Assembly (NCBI GenBank): GCA_014728525.1 | Contig: WJLJ01000017.1 | Span: 1-42,308, forward strand | Reading direction: 5' to 3' | Length of the DNA stretch: 42,308 bases | DNA from: Candidatus Babelota bacterium | GTDB lineage: Bacteria > Babelota > Babeliae > Babelales > UASB340 | Part shown: in pieces, positions 1 to 9,519 of the stretch | How positions within the stretch are numbered: the first letter of the stretch is position 1 | How the letters are laid out: each line of letters begins with the position of its first letter | Translations under genes and position numbers: made by a program | The notes under the pieces: model-generated | Seen by the model: the letters and a program-made list of their open reading frames with translations, nothing else | Database searches by the model: none | Told to the model about the DNA's origin: nothing

Positions 1-1422
1 ATACTAAAAATAGTAGAAGAGGGGGGTGTTCCTTATTTAGTTGGTGGAACAGTAAGAGATTTGGCTTTGAATGAAGAAGAAATAAAAGATGTTGATATAG
101 AAGTTCATAAACTTTCTTTAGGCGATTTAGAAAAAATATTAAAAAATTTTGGTCACGTGCGACTTGTAGGTAAAAAATTTGGAGTTTTAAGAATTGATGG
201 GCTTGATGTTGATTGGTCTTTACCGCGAAAAGATTCAAAAGGTAGAAAGCCAAAAGTAGAAATTGATCCGAATATGACCATAAAAGAGGCTTTGCGTCGT
301 AGAGATTTAACAATAAATGCTATGGCTATAAATTTAAAAAAGTTATTTGAAAAGGAAAAGATAAAATTAAGTAAAGATATTATTATAGATCCTTATAATG
401 GATTAAGTGATTTAAAAGATAAAAAACTAAGAGTTGTAGATAAAAAATTATTTCTAGAAGATCCATTACGTTTTTTTAGAGTTATGCAATTTATAGGTCG
501 TTTTGAAATGTATCCTGACCAAGATCTAAATGAAATTTGCAGAAAGATGGATTTAGAAGATTTTTCAACAGGAAAATTTATATCGAAAGAACGAATATTT
601 GAAGAATTAAAAAAATTATTTTTAAAATCAAAAAGGCCTTCATTAGCTTTTCGTTGGCTAAAAGATATTGGAAGGTTAAAAGATGTTTTTCCTGAAATTT
701 ATGCATTAGTTGGGGTTGATCAACGTAAAGATTATCATCCAGAAGGAACTGTTTTTGAACATACTATGCAAGCAATAGATGCTGCTGCAATTTTAGATAA
801 ATATAATAACAAAGATGAAAAGCTAATAATAATGTTTGCTGTTTTGTGTCATGATTTTGGAAAGCCTAAATCTACAGATATTGATTTATCTACTAAAGGG
901 CATGAAAAAGTAGGTGTTCCCATAACTAAAAAATTTTTAAAACGAATAACCGATGATAAATTTTTAATCTCAACTGTTTCTAAATTGGTTTTATATCATA
1001 CAAGATTAGCTGATTTAGTAAAATTTAATTCCTCTTTAAAGGCTTATAAACGTTTAGCTTTAAAACTTGCTCCGCAAACGAATATTTATCAATTAGGCCT
1101 TGTTTCTTTTGCAGATCTAAGAGGTAGAAATTCTCAATCTCAAATACCCTTGAAAAAAGCATTTATAAAACATAACGATATTATGGAATATGATGATGTT
1201 ATTTTTGAACAGGTTTTAACTAAATTAAAAGAGGCTAAATTAGAAAAGGGACCGGAAGAACCAATTTTAAAAGGAAGACATCTTTTAGAAATTATAGAAC
1301 CAGGGCCTCAAATGGGCAAGATTTTAAAGAAAGCATATGAAATTCAAATAGAAGAGGACATAAAAGATATTGAAGAATTAAAGAAAAGGGTTTTTAATTC
1401 AAAAAAAAGAGACAAGTTTTAA
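1..1422 (+). CDS. cca: CCA-adding tRNA nucleotidyltransferase with HD domain (5' end cut by window edge)
   Basis: Frame 1 is open from nt 1. Nt 1-60 translate to ILKIVEEGGVPYLVGGTVRD (GGxVRD motif of class II nucleotidyltransferases). This is followed by DVDIEV, RRDLTINAMA and an HD motif (VLCHDFGKP). The TTG at 61 in the ORF track is therefore internal. Confidence 0.85.
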   Translation: MLKIVEEGGVPYLVGGTVRDLALNEEEIKDVDIEVHKLSLGDLEKILKNFGHVRLVGKKFGVLRIDGLDVDWSLPRKDSKGRKPKVEIDPNMTIKEALRRRDLTINAMAINLKKLFEKEKIKLSKDIIIDPYNGLSDLKDKKLRVVDKKLFLEDPLRFFRVMQFIGRFEMYPDQDLNEICRKMDLEDFSTGKFISKERIFEELKKLFLKSKRPSLAFRWLKDIGRLKDVFPEIYALVGVDQRKDYHPEGTVFEHTMQAIDAAAILDKYNNKDEKLIIMFAVLCHDFGKPKSTDIDLSTKGHEKVGVPITKKFLKRITDDKFLISTVSKLVLYHTRLADLVKFNSSLKAYKRLALKLAPQTNIYQLGLVSFADLRGRNSQSQIPLKKAFIKHNDIMEYDDVIFEQVLTKLKEAKLEKGPEEPILKGRHLLEIIEPGPQMGKILKKAYEIQIEEDIKDIEELKKRVFNSKKRDKF

Positions 1423-1437
1423 CTTGCCTCTTTTTTT
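1409..1437. terminator. Bidirectional rho-independent terminator between convergent cca and the VOC-family gene
   Basis: GAGACAAGT / ACTTGCCTC 9-bp stem with one A.C mismatch and a 4-nt loop overlapping the cca stop codon. Flanked by an A8 run upstream and a T7 run downstream. Confidence 0.7.
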
Positions 1438-1447
1438 ATAAATAAAT

Positions 1448-2035
1448 TTATTTTTTTGTTCGTTTTTTTATCCATAGTTTGGAATATTTTTTAGCAGCTC
1501 TTCTTAAAATTCCAAAACCTTTTAAGTATTTTATCATTCTTTCTAGAATTGGTGCATCTTGTTCTTTATTTCCGGAAATGTCATTTTTTGTAATTTCGGA
1601 ATTAAAAAAAGTATTCGGTTCTTGATAATTTTCTAATTTTTGAGCAAATGTTAATCGTAAACCAAAAGGATCTCTTACGGAAAAAGTTTTGTAACCATAA
1701 GATTCATCTTTTAAAGGACTTATTATTAAAACATCTTTTTTGTTACATTTTTGATAATATTTTTCAATTCCTTTTTTCATTTCGGCAAAAAGTCCGGTGC
1801 ATCTACTTGCACAGCGTTTTATAAAACTAAATTCAGCAAGCTCTTCTATTTGAGGAGTGCGAAACATTACAAAACATTTGCCTTTTTTTAATTGTGCATA
1901 ATTTATAATTTCTTTGCCACCGTCTCCTGTATCTGTCGTAAGTTCGACAATATCAAAAGCTAATTTTTCTGTATAATATTTTATAGCTTTTTCAACTGAT
2001 TCAACTATTAAGACAGTTGTTCCAGACTTCATCAT
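1448..2035 (-). CDS. VOC (glyoxalase/bleomycin-resistance fold) family protein with a basic C-terminal extension
   Basis: 195-aa ORF. The N-terminal ~135 aa show the VOC pattern (AIKYYTEKLAFDIV ... SVRDPFGLRLTFAQ). The last ~60 aa are Lys/Arg-rich with no recognisable domain. GGAGAG Shine-Dalgarno lies upstream of the ATG. Confidence 0.6.
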   Translation of the reverse strand: MMKSGTTVLIVESVEKAIKYYTEKLAFDIVELTTDTGDGGKEIINYAQLKKGKCFVMFRTPQIEELAEFSFIKRCASRCTGLFAEMKKGIEKYYQKCNKKDVLIISPLKDESYGYKTFSVRDPFGLRLTFAQKLENYQEPNTFFNSEITKNDISGNKEQDAPILERMIKYLKGFGILRRAAKKYSKLWIKKRTKK

Positions 2036-2100
2036 ATTTTCTCTCCGTCTTCTTCATTACTAAAAAAATATTCCCTTTTTTTAAGGCTAGAGGAGAAGGC

Positions 2101-2367
2101 TTATTTTTGTAAATTAATAAGTTTTTTTGTTAATCTGCTTATTTTGCGAGCTGCTGTATTTTTTTTCAAAAGACCTTTTCCCGTAGCTCTAGCAATTTTG
2201 CTTTCTGCTAATTTTAGCAAATCTTTTGCTTCATCTACATTTTTTTCTTCAATTGCTGAAATATACTTTTTTACAACCGTTTTTATCTCAGATTTTCTTG
2301 CGAGATTTATTTTACGTCTTTTTTCGTTTGTTTTAGCTCTTTTTTTTGCAGATTTTATGTTTGCCAT
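2101..2367 (-). CDS. rpsT: 30S ribosomal protein S20
   Basis: MANIKSAKKRAKTNEKRRKINLARKSEIKT matches the S20 N-terminal signature. 88 aa, basic. Confidence 0.93.
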   Translation of the reverse strand: MANIKSAKKRAKTNEKRRKINLARKSEIKTVVKKYISAIEEKNVDEAKDLLKLAESKIARATGKGLLKKNTAARKISRLTKKLINLQK

Positions 2368-2390
2368 CGTATTTTAACCTTTATGATTAA

Positions 2391-2588
2391 TTAAACAACT
2401 TTTTCAATTTTTCCGGATTTTAAGCATTTTGTACAAACTGCACCACGTTTAATGCTCTTTTGACCTTTTAAAGTAAAGCGAATTTTCTGAACATTAGGAT
2501 ATACCCAACGCTTAGTTTTGTTATTTGCATTACTGACGTTATTTACAACTTGAGGTCTTTTATTACATATAACACATATATTTGCCAT
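2391..2588 (-). CDS. rpmB: 50S ribosomal protein L28 (Zn-ribbon C+ form)
   Basis: MANICVICNKRPQVVNNVSNANNKTKRWVYPNVQK matches the L28 consensus, with CxxC...CxxC. I place the start at the ATG at 2588; the ORF-track TTG at 2621 adds 11 unconserved residues. Confidence 0.9.
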   Translation of the reverse strand: MANICVICNKRPQVVNNVSNANNKTKRWVYPNVQKIRFTLKGQKSIKRGAVCTKCLKSGKIEKVV

Positions 2589-2709
2589 TTTCGAATGTCC
2601 TTTCACGTCTGGCACTAACAACCTTAAACAGTATTTTAATTTAAACTAATATGAAAAGATATTTTACCAAAAAAGCTATATTTTTAAAATACCATAAGTT
2701 ATATTCTTA

Positions 2710-4590
2710 TTAATTTTCTTTAGTTTTTACCCAATTATGTGTAATTCTTGGTTCTATATCAATTAATTTATAAACTTCTTCAGCTTGTAATGTTTCTTTT
2801 TCTAATAGTTTTTCAGCTAACTTCTCTAGTTTTTCTTTATTCGTAGATATTAATCCAGTTGCTTTTTGGTGACAACTTTTAATTATTTTTTCGACTGCAT
2901 CATCTACCTTTTGAGAAGTTCTTTCTGAATGATGGGGTAATCTTTGTATATCTCTTCCTAGATAAGGATGTTCTTTTGTTTCATCAAAAGTTATTGGACC
3001 AAGATCCGACATACCTAATCTTGTTACCATTTTTCTGGCTATTTTTGTAGCAACTTCTATATCATTTGCAGCACCACTGGTTTGTTCATTCAAGAACAAT
3101 TTTTCGGCAATTAATCCTCCCATAAGTACCATTATTTTTGATAATAATTCAGATTTTGTTTCAGAATGCCTATCTTTTTCAGGAAGTGACCAAGAAACAC
3201 CTAGAGCTCTGCCTCTTGGAATAATTGTTACTTTATGGAAAGGATCGGTATCAGGAAGTAACATATTTAATAAAGAATGCCCTGACTCGTGGTATGCCGT
3301 TATTTTTTTCTCTTTATTGCTTAAAATTAATGTTTTACGTTCGGAGCCTAATATTAATTTGTCTCTAGCTATTTCAAAATCTTCTATGTTTATTTCTGAT
3401 TTATTGGCTTTTGAGGCTCTTAAAGCTGCTTCATTTATTAAATTCTCAAGATCTGCTCCAGAAAATCCCGGTGTTCCTCTTGCTATTTTTTCTAAATCAA
3501 CATCTTTTCCAAGTTTTACATTTTTTGAATGAACTTCTAATATTTTTTTTCTGCTTATAAGATCCGGATATGGAACTTCTATACTTCTATCAAATCTTCC
3601 GGGTCTTAGTAGAGCTTTATCTAAAACATCCGGTCTGTTTGTAGCTGCTAAAACTATTACAGATCCGTGTTCTGTTGAAAATCCATCCATTTCAGCAAGT
3701 AATTGATTTAAAGTTTGTTCTCTTTCATCGTTTCCGCCACCAAGTCCTATTCCTCTTTGTCTTCCAACTGCATCGATTTCGTCAATAAACACAATACATG
3801 GAGCGTTTTTTTTAGCTTGAATAAATAAATCCCTTACTCTAGAAGCACCAACTCCCACAAATACTTCAACAAAATCTGAACCAGATATACTAAAAAAAGG
3901 ACAGCTAGCCTCACCTGCTACGGCTTTTGCTAATAAAGTTTTACCGTTTCCAGGGGCTCCTGTTAAAAGTATACCTTTAGGAATTTTTGCACCTAACCGT
4001 TCAAATTTTGCGGGTTTTTTTAAAAACTCTATAACATCTTTTAAATCTTCTTTTGCTTCTTGAACACCTGCTACGTCTTTAAAAGTTACGTTTATTGTAT
4101 TGGGAGAAAAGAACCTGGCTTTGCTTTTACCTACACTAAATATTTTGCTTGCTCCGCCACCGCCGGCTTGACTTTGACGCATATAAGCTAGCCATAAAAA
4201 TATTAATATAAGAGGTAAAAATGATAAGAATATATAAGTTCCCCAGCCTTGTTTTTCGGGTGGATAAACTTCTATATTAATCTTTTTGGATTTTAGTTGC
4301 TCCCATAATTTTTCAGAGGGTATTACATAAGATTCAAAATGTTTACCATTTTTAAGAGTTCCTCTTACAAGTTGGTCTTGAACTATTACAGATTCTATTT
4401 TATCTGTATTAATAAGATTTAATAATTTGGTATAATTTATTCTCTCAACTTGTCTGTTTGCACTGTTATACCAAAATAAATATATCATACCCAACATCAA
4501 GAAAAAGACTAAAAGCCAAACAGCATTAGGTCCGTTTTTTTTAAAGTTTGGTTTCTTTTTTTTATTAAAAAAAGTTTGTTTTTTTTTCAT
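2710..4590 (-). CDS. ftsH: ATP-dependent zinc metalloprotease FtsH
   Basis: Two N-terminal TM segments. Walker A GAPGNGKT, Walker [12 protein letters not shown] region [20 protein letters not shown], and zinc motif HESGH. Confidence 0.96.
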   Translation of the reverse strand: MKKKQTFFNKKKKPNFKKNGPNAVWLLVFFLMLGMIYLFWYNSANRQVERINYTKLLNLINTDKIESVIVQDQLVRGTLKNGKHFESYVIPSEKLWEQLKSKKINIEVYPPEKQGWGTYIFLSFLPLILIFLWLAYMRQSQAGGGGASKIFSVGKSKARFFSPNTINVTFKDVAGVQEAKEDLKDVIEFLKKPAKFERLGAKIPKGILLTGAPGNGKTLLAKAVAGEASCPFFSISGSDFVEVFVGVGASRVRDLFIQAKKNAPCIVFIDEIDAVGRQRGIGLGGGNDEREQTLNQLLAEMDGFSTEHGSVIVLAATNRPDVLDKALLRPGRFDRSIEVPYPDLISRKKILEVHSKNVKLGKDVDLEKIARGTPGFSGADLENLINEAALRASKANKSEINIEDFEIARDKLILGSERKTLILSNKEKKITAYHESGHSLLNMLLPDTDPFHKVTIIPRGRALGVSWSLPEKDRHSETKSELLSKIMVLMGGLIAEKLFLNEQTSGAANDIEVATKIARKMVTRLGMSDLGPITFDETKEHPYLGRDIQRLPHHSERTSQKVDDAVEKIIKSCHQKATGLISTNKEKLEKLAEKLLEKETLQAEEVYKLIDIEPRITHNWVKTKEN

Positions 4591-4710
4591 TAGTTACCTT
4601 TTTTTCAAATCTATTAATTATTAATAATCATAGGTTATTACTTATATAATAATAAAATAATTAAATTAAAACTAGTCCAATAAATAAGAATTGTTCTTAT
4701 ATAAATAATT

Positions 4711-6033
4711 TTAGGTAATTATTGGGGTTTTACTCCATTTAGGGAAGCTTTTAGGTGCTTTTGATTGTGTTAAAACCCTTATTTTACCACTATTTACATT
4801 TAAAACAGCTATTTGTTGAGTTTGATAACCTTTTTTATACTCAAAATCATATGAAAATACTATAAAGCGTCCACATGGAGAATAATCAGGTTCATGTTTG
4901 TTTCCACCATTAAAAGTTATCTGTTTTTCTTGAAGATTATCGAAATTGTCTAAATTTAAAGTAAATAATTGGAACGTTCCATTTACAGGCCTAGTGTAGA
5001 CAACATTATTATTTTTTGCACAATATGATGGAGCAGCACAATAACCTTTTCCATTTGTCAATCTGTATGTGTAGTTTTCTTTTCTATTTAGATAGTATAT
5101 TTGAGGTTGTCCTGTTTGAAAATCTGAGCAAAATATTACGTCATCGTTTTCCAGAAGATAAGGTGAAACGTTATTACCACCGTTATTTGTTAATTTTTTA
5201 AAAACTCTCTGTTTTAATTTTTTAGATATTTTACTATCAAAAAGATAAATTTCTGAATTTTTGCCGCCGGACATACATAAAGCAGCCTTTGATCCGTCAT
5301 TAGAAAAAGAAGGTTGCATATTAAGCCCATCATATGAACATATAATACTATTTTTATTATTTTTAAGATTATATGACATTAAGTTAATTTTATTTTTTGT
5401 AAATTGGGAATAAAAAATGGTGCTTGTTTTAGTATGCCAACTAGGAGCAACGTTTATTAATTTTTCTGAAATTAGAGTTTTTTCAAAATTACAAGAATAA
5501 TCAGATAAAACTATATTCTTTTGTGTATTTGAAATCATTTTACAATATGCTAAGCAATATTTGCACATTGATTCTTCACCGGTTAATTTGGGTAAAAGTT
5601 CATCTGAAATTCTATGGGCACTTTGAATTAGGTTTTTAGTGTTAATTTTAAATTCCTTTTCAAACTCTATAGATCCAGATCCTAAGTTTTTTAATTCTAT
5701 TTTTGTTTTATTTTTTTCTATATTACTAATATAAAGACATAAACTTACATCATTATTAAAAAATTTTTCTTCTAATTCTTTAGTAAGTCTTTTTTTAGAC
5801 TTTTTTAAGTTTATTTCCATTTGATCTGTAAATTCCAGATCATATTTCAATGTTTTCCCTAATTTGGTTAAAATTTCATCATCATTTGTTTTATTTTTTA
5901 AAATTAAAGATAAACATTTTATTTTTTCATGTTCTGATGGAGTTTTAACGTTAAAGGATAGATTCGTTACACTCCCTAGTTTATTTATAAATAAAAATAA
6001 AAATAAGAATGTTATTTTTTTAAAAAAATTCAT
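4711..6033 (-). CDS. tolB: Tol-Pal system beta-propeller protein TolB
   Basis: Signal peptide. Repeated propeller motifs (PSFSNDGSKAAL, EPDYSPCGRFIVFS). Sits directly downstream of tolQ-tolR-tolA-like genes. Confidence 0.85.
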   Translation of the reverse strand: MNFFKKITFLFLFLFINKLGSVTNLSFNVKTPSEHEKIKCLSLILKNKTNDDEILTKLGKTLKYDLEFTDQMEINLKKSKKRLTKELEEKFFNNDVSLCLYISNIEKNKTKIELKNLGSGSIEFEKEFKINTKNLIQSAHRISDELLPKLTGEESMCKYCLAYCKMISNTQKNIVLSDYSCNFEKTLISEKLINVAPSWHTKTSTIFYSQFTKNKINLMSYNLKNNKNSIICSYDGLNMQPSFSNDGSKAALCMSGGKNSEIYLFDSKISKKLKQRVFKKLTNNGGNNVSPYLLENDDVIFCSDFQTGQPQIYYLNRKENYTYRLTNGKGYCAAPSYCAKNNNVVYTRPVNGTFQLFTLNLDNFDNLQEKQITFNGGNKHEPDYSPCGRFIVFSYDFEYKKGYQTQQIAVLNVNSGKIRVLTQSKAPKSFPKWSKTPIIT

Positions 6034-6048
6034 TATTTCTCCAAAGTT

Positions 6049-6774
6049 TTATTGCCTGAAATCTATAGTAAATTTTCTTCCCCACAAAAATTTGTCGAAT
6101 TTAAATTTTTTGGCAACTCGCAAAATACTTAAATCGTAAATTAGAATATTTGATTTATTCAAAATTTCAAAATTTTTAACTTTACCTTGATCATTTATTT
6201 CAAATTTAACGGAGCATTCTGTTCCTTTAGGTACGCCTATAGGTGGTTTCCATAATCTGGCAACTTCTTTTTGAATGCTTTCTTGATATTTTATTAGATT
6301 TGGATCTGTTTCTCCCATTAAATTAAAATGAATTTCATTTTCTATATTATCTTTTTTTGCTACAAATTTTTTCTTTTTTGTTTTTTGGGGTTTATTTTGT
6401 ATTTTTCTGGGTATTGTTTGTTTTTTTGCTTCTCTTAAAGAAGTTGCTTTTTTTTGTGGAGTTTTTTTTGCTTGTTTTATTACAGGTTTTGGGGCTCTTT
6501 TTTTCCTTTGAATTTCTCTTTGCTTTTTTAATGCTGCTTTTTTTTCTCTTATTTTTTTTTCAGCGAGTTGCCTTTTTGCAAACCAATTTGTTGTTTTTAA
6601 GTTTCTATTTGATTTAAAAACTGCTTGTGTTGGCAGTTTTGAATGTGCTCCAAAAACTAAAAATCGTTTATTTATTTTTTGTGTTGATGAGTTGAATAGA
6701 AGAAATAAAACAATTATTAAAAAATGAGATACAAATGATGTAATAAAATATTTTTTATCTATATTATTTTTCAT
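6049..6774 (-). CDS. tolA: TolA-like (TonB/TolA C-terminal domain) membrane-anchored protein
   Basis: N-terminal TM helix (FITSFVSHFLIIVLFLLF). Long Lys-rich linker. C-terminal TonB_C/TolA-like fold (IQKEVARLWKPPIGVPKGTECSVKFEINDQGKVKNFEILNKS). Positioned between tolR and tolB. Confidence 0.7.
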   Translation of the reverse strand: MKNNIDKKYFITSFVSHFLIIVLFLLFNSSTQKINKRFLVFGAHSKLPTQAVFKSNRNLKTTNWFAKRQLAEKKIREKKAALKKQREIQRKKRAPKPVIKQAKKTPQKKATSLREAKKQTIPRKIQNKPQKTKKKKFVAKKDNIENEIHFNLMGETDPNLIKYQESIQKEVARLWKPPIGVPKGTECSVKFEINDQGKVKNFEILNKSNILIYDLSILRVAKKFKFDKFLWGRKFTIDFRQ

Positions 6775-6787
6775 ATTAAATTGTTAT

Positions 6788-7210
6788 TTAGGTACTTGGC
6801 CTTGTTGACATGGCAACAAATTTTACACCGGCAAATTTTAGTTGATCAACAATTTCTATTACTTTGCCATAAGAAACACTTTCATCAGCTTTAACATAAA
6901 CAGGAATATCCTCTTTTTGTGCCACCGCTTTTTTTACAGAATCAACTAAATTTTCCTTTGTTATTGGATAACTATTAAAAAATAGTTTTTCATCTTTTCG
7001 TAAAGTTACTACTAATTCTTGTTGACTTCCAACTTCTTTGCTTTTGCCAAAAGGTAAATCTACTTTTATTCCATTATGAACAATTGGAGCTGTTATCATA
7101 AAGATAACAAGAAGAGTTAATGCCGTATCGATTAAAGGTGTTAAAGATACATTCGGCATTTCAATTCTTCGTTTCCTCTTTTTCTTTTTTAAGGATCTTA
7201 TTTTAGACAC
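6788..7210 (-). CDS. tolR: ExbD/TolR family biopolymer transport protein
   Basis: RRIEMPNVSLTPLIDTALTLLVIFMITAP matches the TolR/ExbD N-terminal TM region. GTG start preceded by an AGGGGG Shine-Dalgarno. Confidence 0.88.
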   Translation of the reverse strand: MSKIRSLKKKKRKRRIEMPNVSLTPLIDTALTLLVIFMITAPIVHNGIKVDLPFGKSKEVGSQQELVVTLRKDEKLFFNSYPITKENLVDSVKKAVAQKEDIPVYVKADESVSYGKVIEIVDQLKFAGVKFVAMSTRPST

Positions 7211-7220
7211 TTTGCCCCCT

Positions 7221-7904
7221 TTATTTTAAGTAAGTTTGTTTTACTATATTTATATATCTATCAGTAATATGTAATAATTTTTGTTCTAATTTTCTTAATT
7301 CATTTGAAAAATAATTAAAGGCTATCATTGCAGGAATAGCAACGATTAGACCGGCCAAAGTTGTTGTTAGAGCTTCTGCTATACCAGGTGCTACAACTGC
7401 AATATCTGCAGATTTTTCTTGACTTATATTTACAAAAGAGTGTATTAAACCCCAAACAGTTCCAAATAGTCCCATAAGTGGAGAAACTGCTGCACTTGTT
7501 CCTAGTATTGGCAAATATGTTTCTGTTTCCATTAAGAATCTATCTATATGCTGATCCGATATTAATTCTAAGTGTTCTAAATCCTCAGAAGTTACTTGAT
7601 TTGTGGCATTTTTTTCTAAAGTTAATTTTAAGTCTTTTAAATTAGATTTTAAATATTTTCCACAAATCGAATTTTTGTATTTTTGAGCGATTGTAATAAT
7701 TTGTTCAAAATTATTTGCATTTTTAAGTTCCTTTAAAATGTTATCAAGTTCTATTTTTTGTTTTTTTATCATTTTAAATTTAAATACAACAATTGCTATA
7801 CAAACTACAGAAACTGAAAATAAAATTAAAAGCACAAATTTTGTCATCCAATCGGATTGAATTATTAATTGCCATGCCGGAGATTTAAATAAAAAATCAA
7901 ACAT
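7221..7904 (-). CDS. tolQ: MotA/TolQ/ExbB proton-channel protein TolQ
   Basis: Three TM segments. Conserved GLFGTVWGLIHSF and PGIAEALTTTLAGLIVAIPAMIAFNYF. Confidence 0.9.
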   Translation of the reverse strand: MFDFLFKSPAWQLIIQSDWMTKFVLLILFSVSVVCIAIVVFKFKMIKKQKIELDNILKELKNANNFEQIITIAQKYKNSICGKYLKSNLKDLKLTLEKNATNQVTSEDLEHLELISDQHIDRFLMETETYLPILGTSAAVSPLMGLFGTVWGLIHSFVNISQEKSADIAVVAPGIAEALTTTLAGLIVAIPAMIAFNYFSNELRKLEQKLLHITDRYINIVKQTYLK

Positions 7905-7998
7905 TTAAAATCCTTTTTTTATGTGATTTTACATAATAAATTTTACTCTTAAACTTTATTATAAAAGAAAAGCTTTAGTTTATAAATAAATTTAAATT

Positions 7999-8727
7999 TT
8001 AATCAAATTGTTTTTTTAATGCTTCGATAGAAATTAACTTATTTTCTATATCTTTTAAAGTTTTTATTGAATTAAGTTTTATAGAATTAGATAAAGATAG
8101 ATTGCCAATTTTTGTCCTTTTTAATTCTGAACAAGTAGCAAATGTATTTAGTTCTTTTGCAATATCATTTACTAATGAACGAATGTAAGTTCCTTTGCTT
8201 ACTTTTGTTTTTAAAGAAAAAAAAGGAAAATTATAATTAATTAAATTTAATTTGTATATATAAACCTCTCTTTTTTTTGTTTGTATTATTTTTTCGAGAT
8301 CTTTTTCAGAAATCTTTTTTTCTCTTGCCAATTTATAAAGGCTTTTTCCTTTAAATTTTAGTGCAGAATAAATAGGGGGAACTTGTATATATTTATTTGG
8401 AAAATTTTTTATTGTTTCTTTTAGTTCATTTATAAGTATAATTTTTGATTTTTCTTTTAATATTTCTCCTGTGATATCTAAAGTATCTGTTAAAACACCA
8501 AATTTTCCTGTTACAAAGTATTCTTTATCACTATTAAGAAAAATATCCATGTTTTTTGTTGCTTTTCTTCCTATTCCTATTATGAGTAATCCTGTTGCAA
8601 AATTATCTAAAGTTCCGGCATGTCCTATTTTGATTTTTCTTTTAATTATTCTTTTTAGATGTCTTATGCAATCATATGAACTTATATTTTTAGGCTTATT
8701 GATAAGCAAAAAACCACTTTTTTCCAT
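7999..8727 (-). CDS. truB: tRNA pseudouridine(55) synthase TruB
   Basis: GFLLINKPKNISSYD and the catalytic-Asp motif GHAGTLDNFATGLL. IQVPPIYSALKFKGKSLYKLAR. Confidence 0.92.
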   Translation of the reverse strand: MEKSGFLLINKPKNISSYDCIRHLKRIIKRKIKIGHAGTLDNFATGLLIIGIGRKATKNMDIFLNSDKEYFVTGKFGVLTDTLDITGEILKEKSKIILINELKETIKNFPNKYIQVPPIYSALKFKGKSLYKLAREKKISEKDLEKIIQTKKREVYIYKLNLINYNFPFFSLKTKVSKGTYIRSLVNDIAKELNTFATCSELKRTKIGNLSLSNSIKLNSIKTLKDIENKLISIEALKKQFD

Positions 8728-8818
8728 TTTATAAAAATTATTATCTGTGCTAGATTTTGTTAATAACTATATTTTTATAAATTATACTGCATAAAACAAA
8801 GTATTAAAAGGGTTATTT

Positions 8819-9514
8819 ATGAAAAAAAGAAATATTGTATTGGCTGTTTTTTTATCTATTATAGCTTTATTGGTTTTAAGTAGAAGCTTTAGATCTTTTT
8901 TTACAGACTCATTTGTTTTTCTTAAAAGTTTTTTTGTTAATCCTACTTCTGTTGGTGCAGTTATTCCCAGCTCTCAATTTTTAGCTTCTGCAATTACTAA
9001 ATATGTAAAGAGAACTGATGCACCAATACCAATAAAGGTTTTAGAGGTCGGTGCCGGTACTGGTTCTATGTCAAGTAATATTGCTGAAAAATTGAGAGAT
9101 GATGATGTTTTGGATATAGTTGAATTAGATCCTAATTTTTGTAAAATTTTAGAGAATAAATTTAGCTCAAAAGATAATATCAATATTAATTGTTTATCTA
9201 TTTTGGATTGGAATCCTTCTTACTCTTATGATTTTATAGTATCAGGATTACCTTTTAATGCATTTGATTCTGATTTTGTAAAGTCTATATTAAATAAATA
9301 TAAAAAACTTATTAAGCCTGGTGGCATTATTTCATATTTTGAATATATTGCTCTTGCAAAAATAAAGCTTTTCTTTTTAAAAGGTGATGAAAAGCAACAA
9401 TTTTCAAAAACCATTACAACAACAACTCAGTTTAGAAATAAATTTGAATTTGATAATGAAAAAGTTTTTGCAAATATGCCACCGGCTAGGGTATATCATT
9501 TGCGTGTAGAATAA
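8819..9514 (+). CDS. Membrane-anchored class I SAM-dependent methyltransferase (possibly COG3963 phospholipid N-methyltransferase-like)
   Basis: N-terminal TM helix (IVLAVFLSIIALLVL). NPTSVGAVIPSSQFLA box. SAM motif I VLEVGAGTGSMS. Acidic post-I residue (IVELD). Confidence 0.7.
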   Translation: MKKRNIVLAVFLSIIALLVLSRSFRSFFTDSFVFLKSFFVNPTSVGAVIPSSQFLASAITKYVKRTDAPIPIKVLEVGAGTGSMSSNIAEKLRDDDVLDIVELDPNFCKILENKFSSKDNININCLSILDWNPSYSYDFIVSGLPFNAFDSDFVKSILNKYKKLIKPGGIISYFEYIALAKIKLFFLKGDEKQQFSKTITTTTQFRNKFEFDNEKVFANMPPARVYHLRVE

Positions 9515-9519
9515 TTTTT

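Noticed and set aside
6330-6560. Lys-rich segment of the TolA-like gene (poly-A/T-rich DNA) considered as a tandem repeat or slippage-prone contingency locus.
   Set aside because: I could find no exact periodic repeat unit. It is compositionally biased coding sequence, typical of the TolA domain II linker. The homopolymer runs are short and interrupted.
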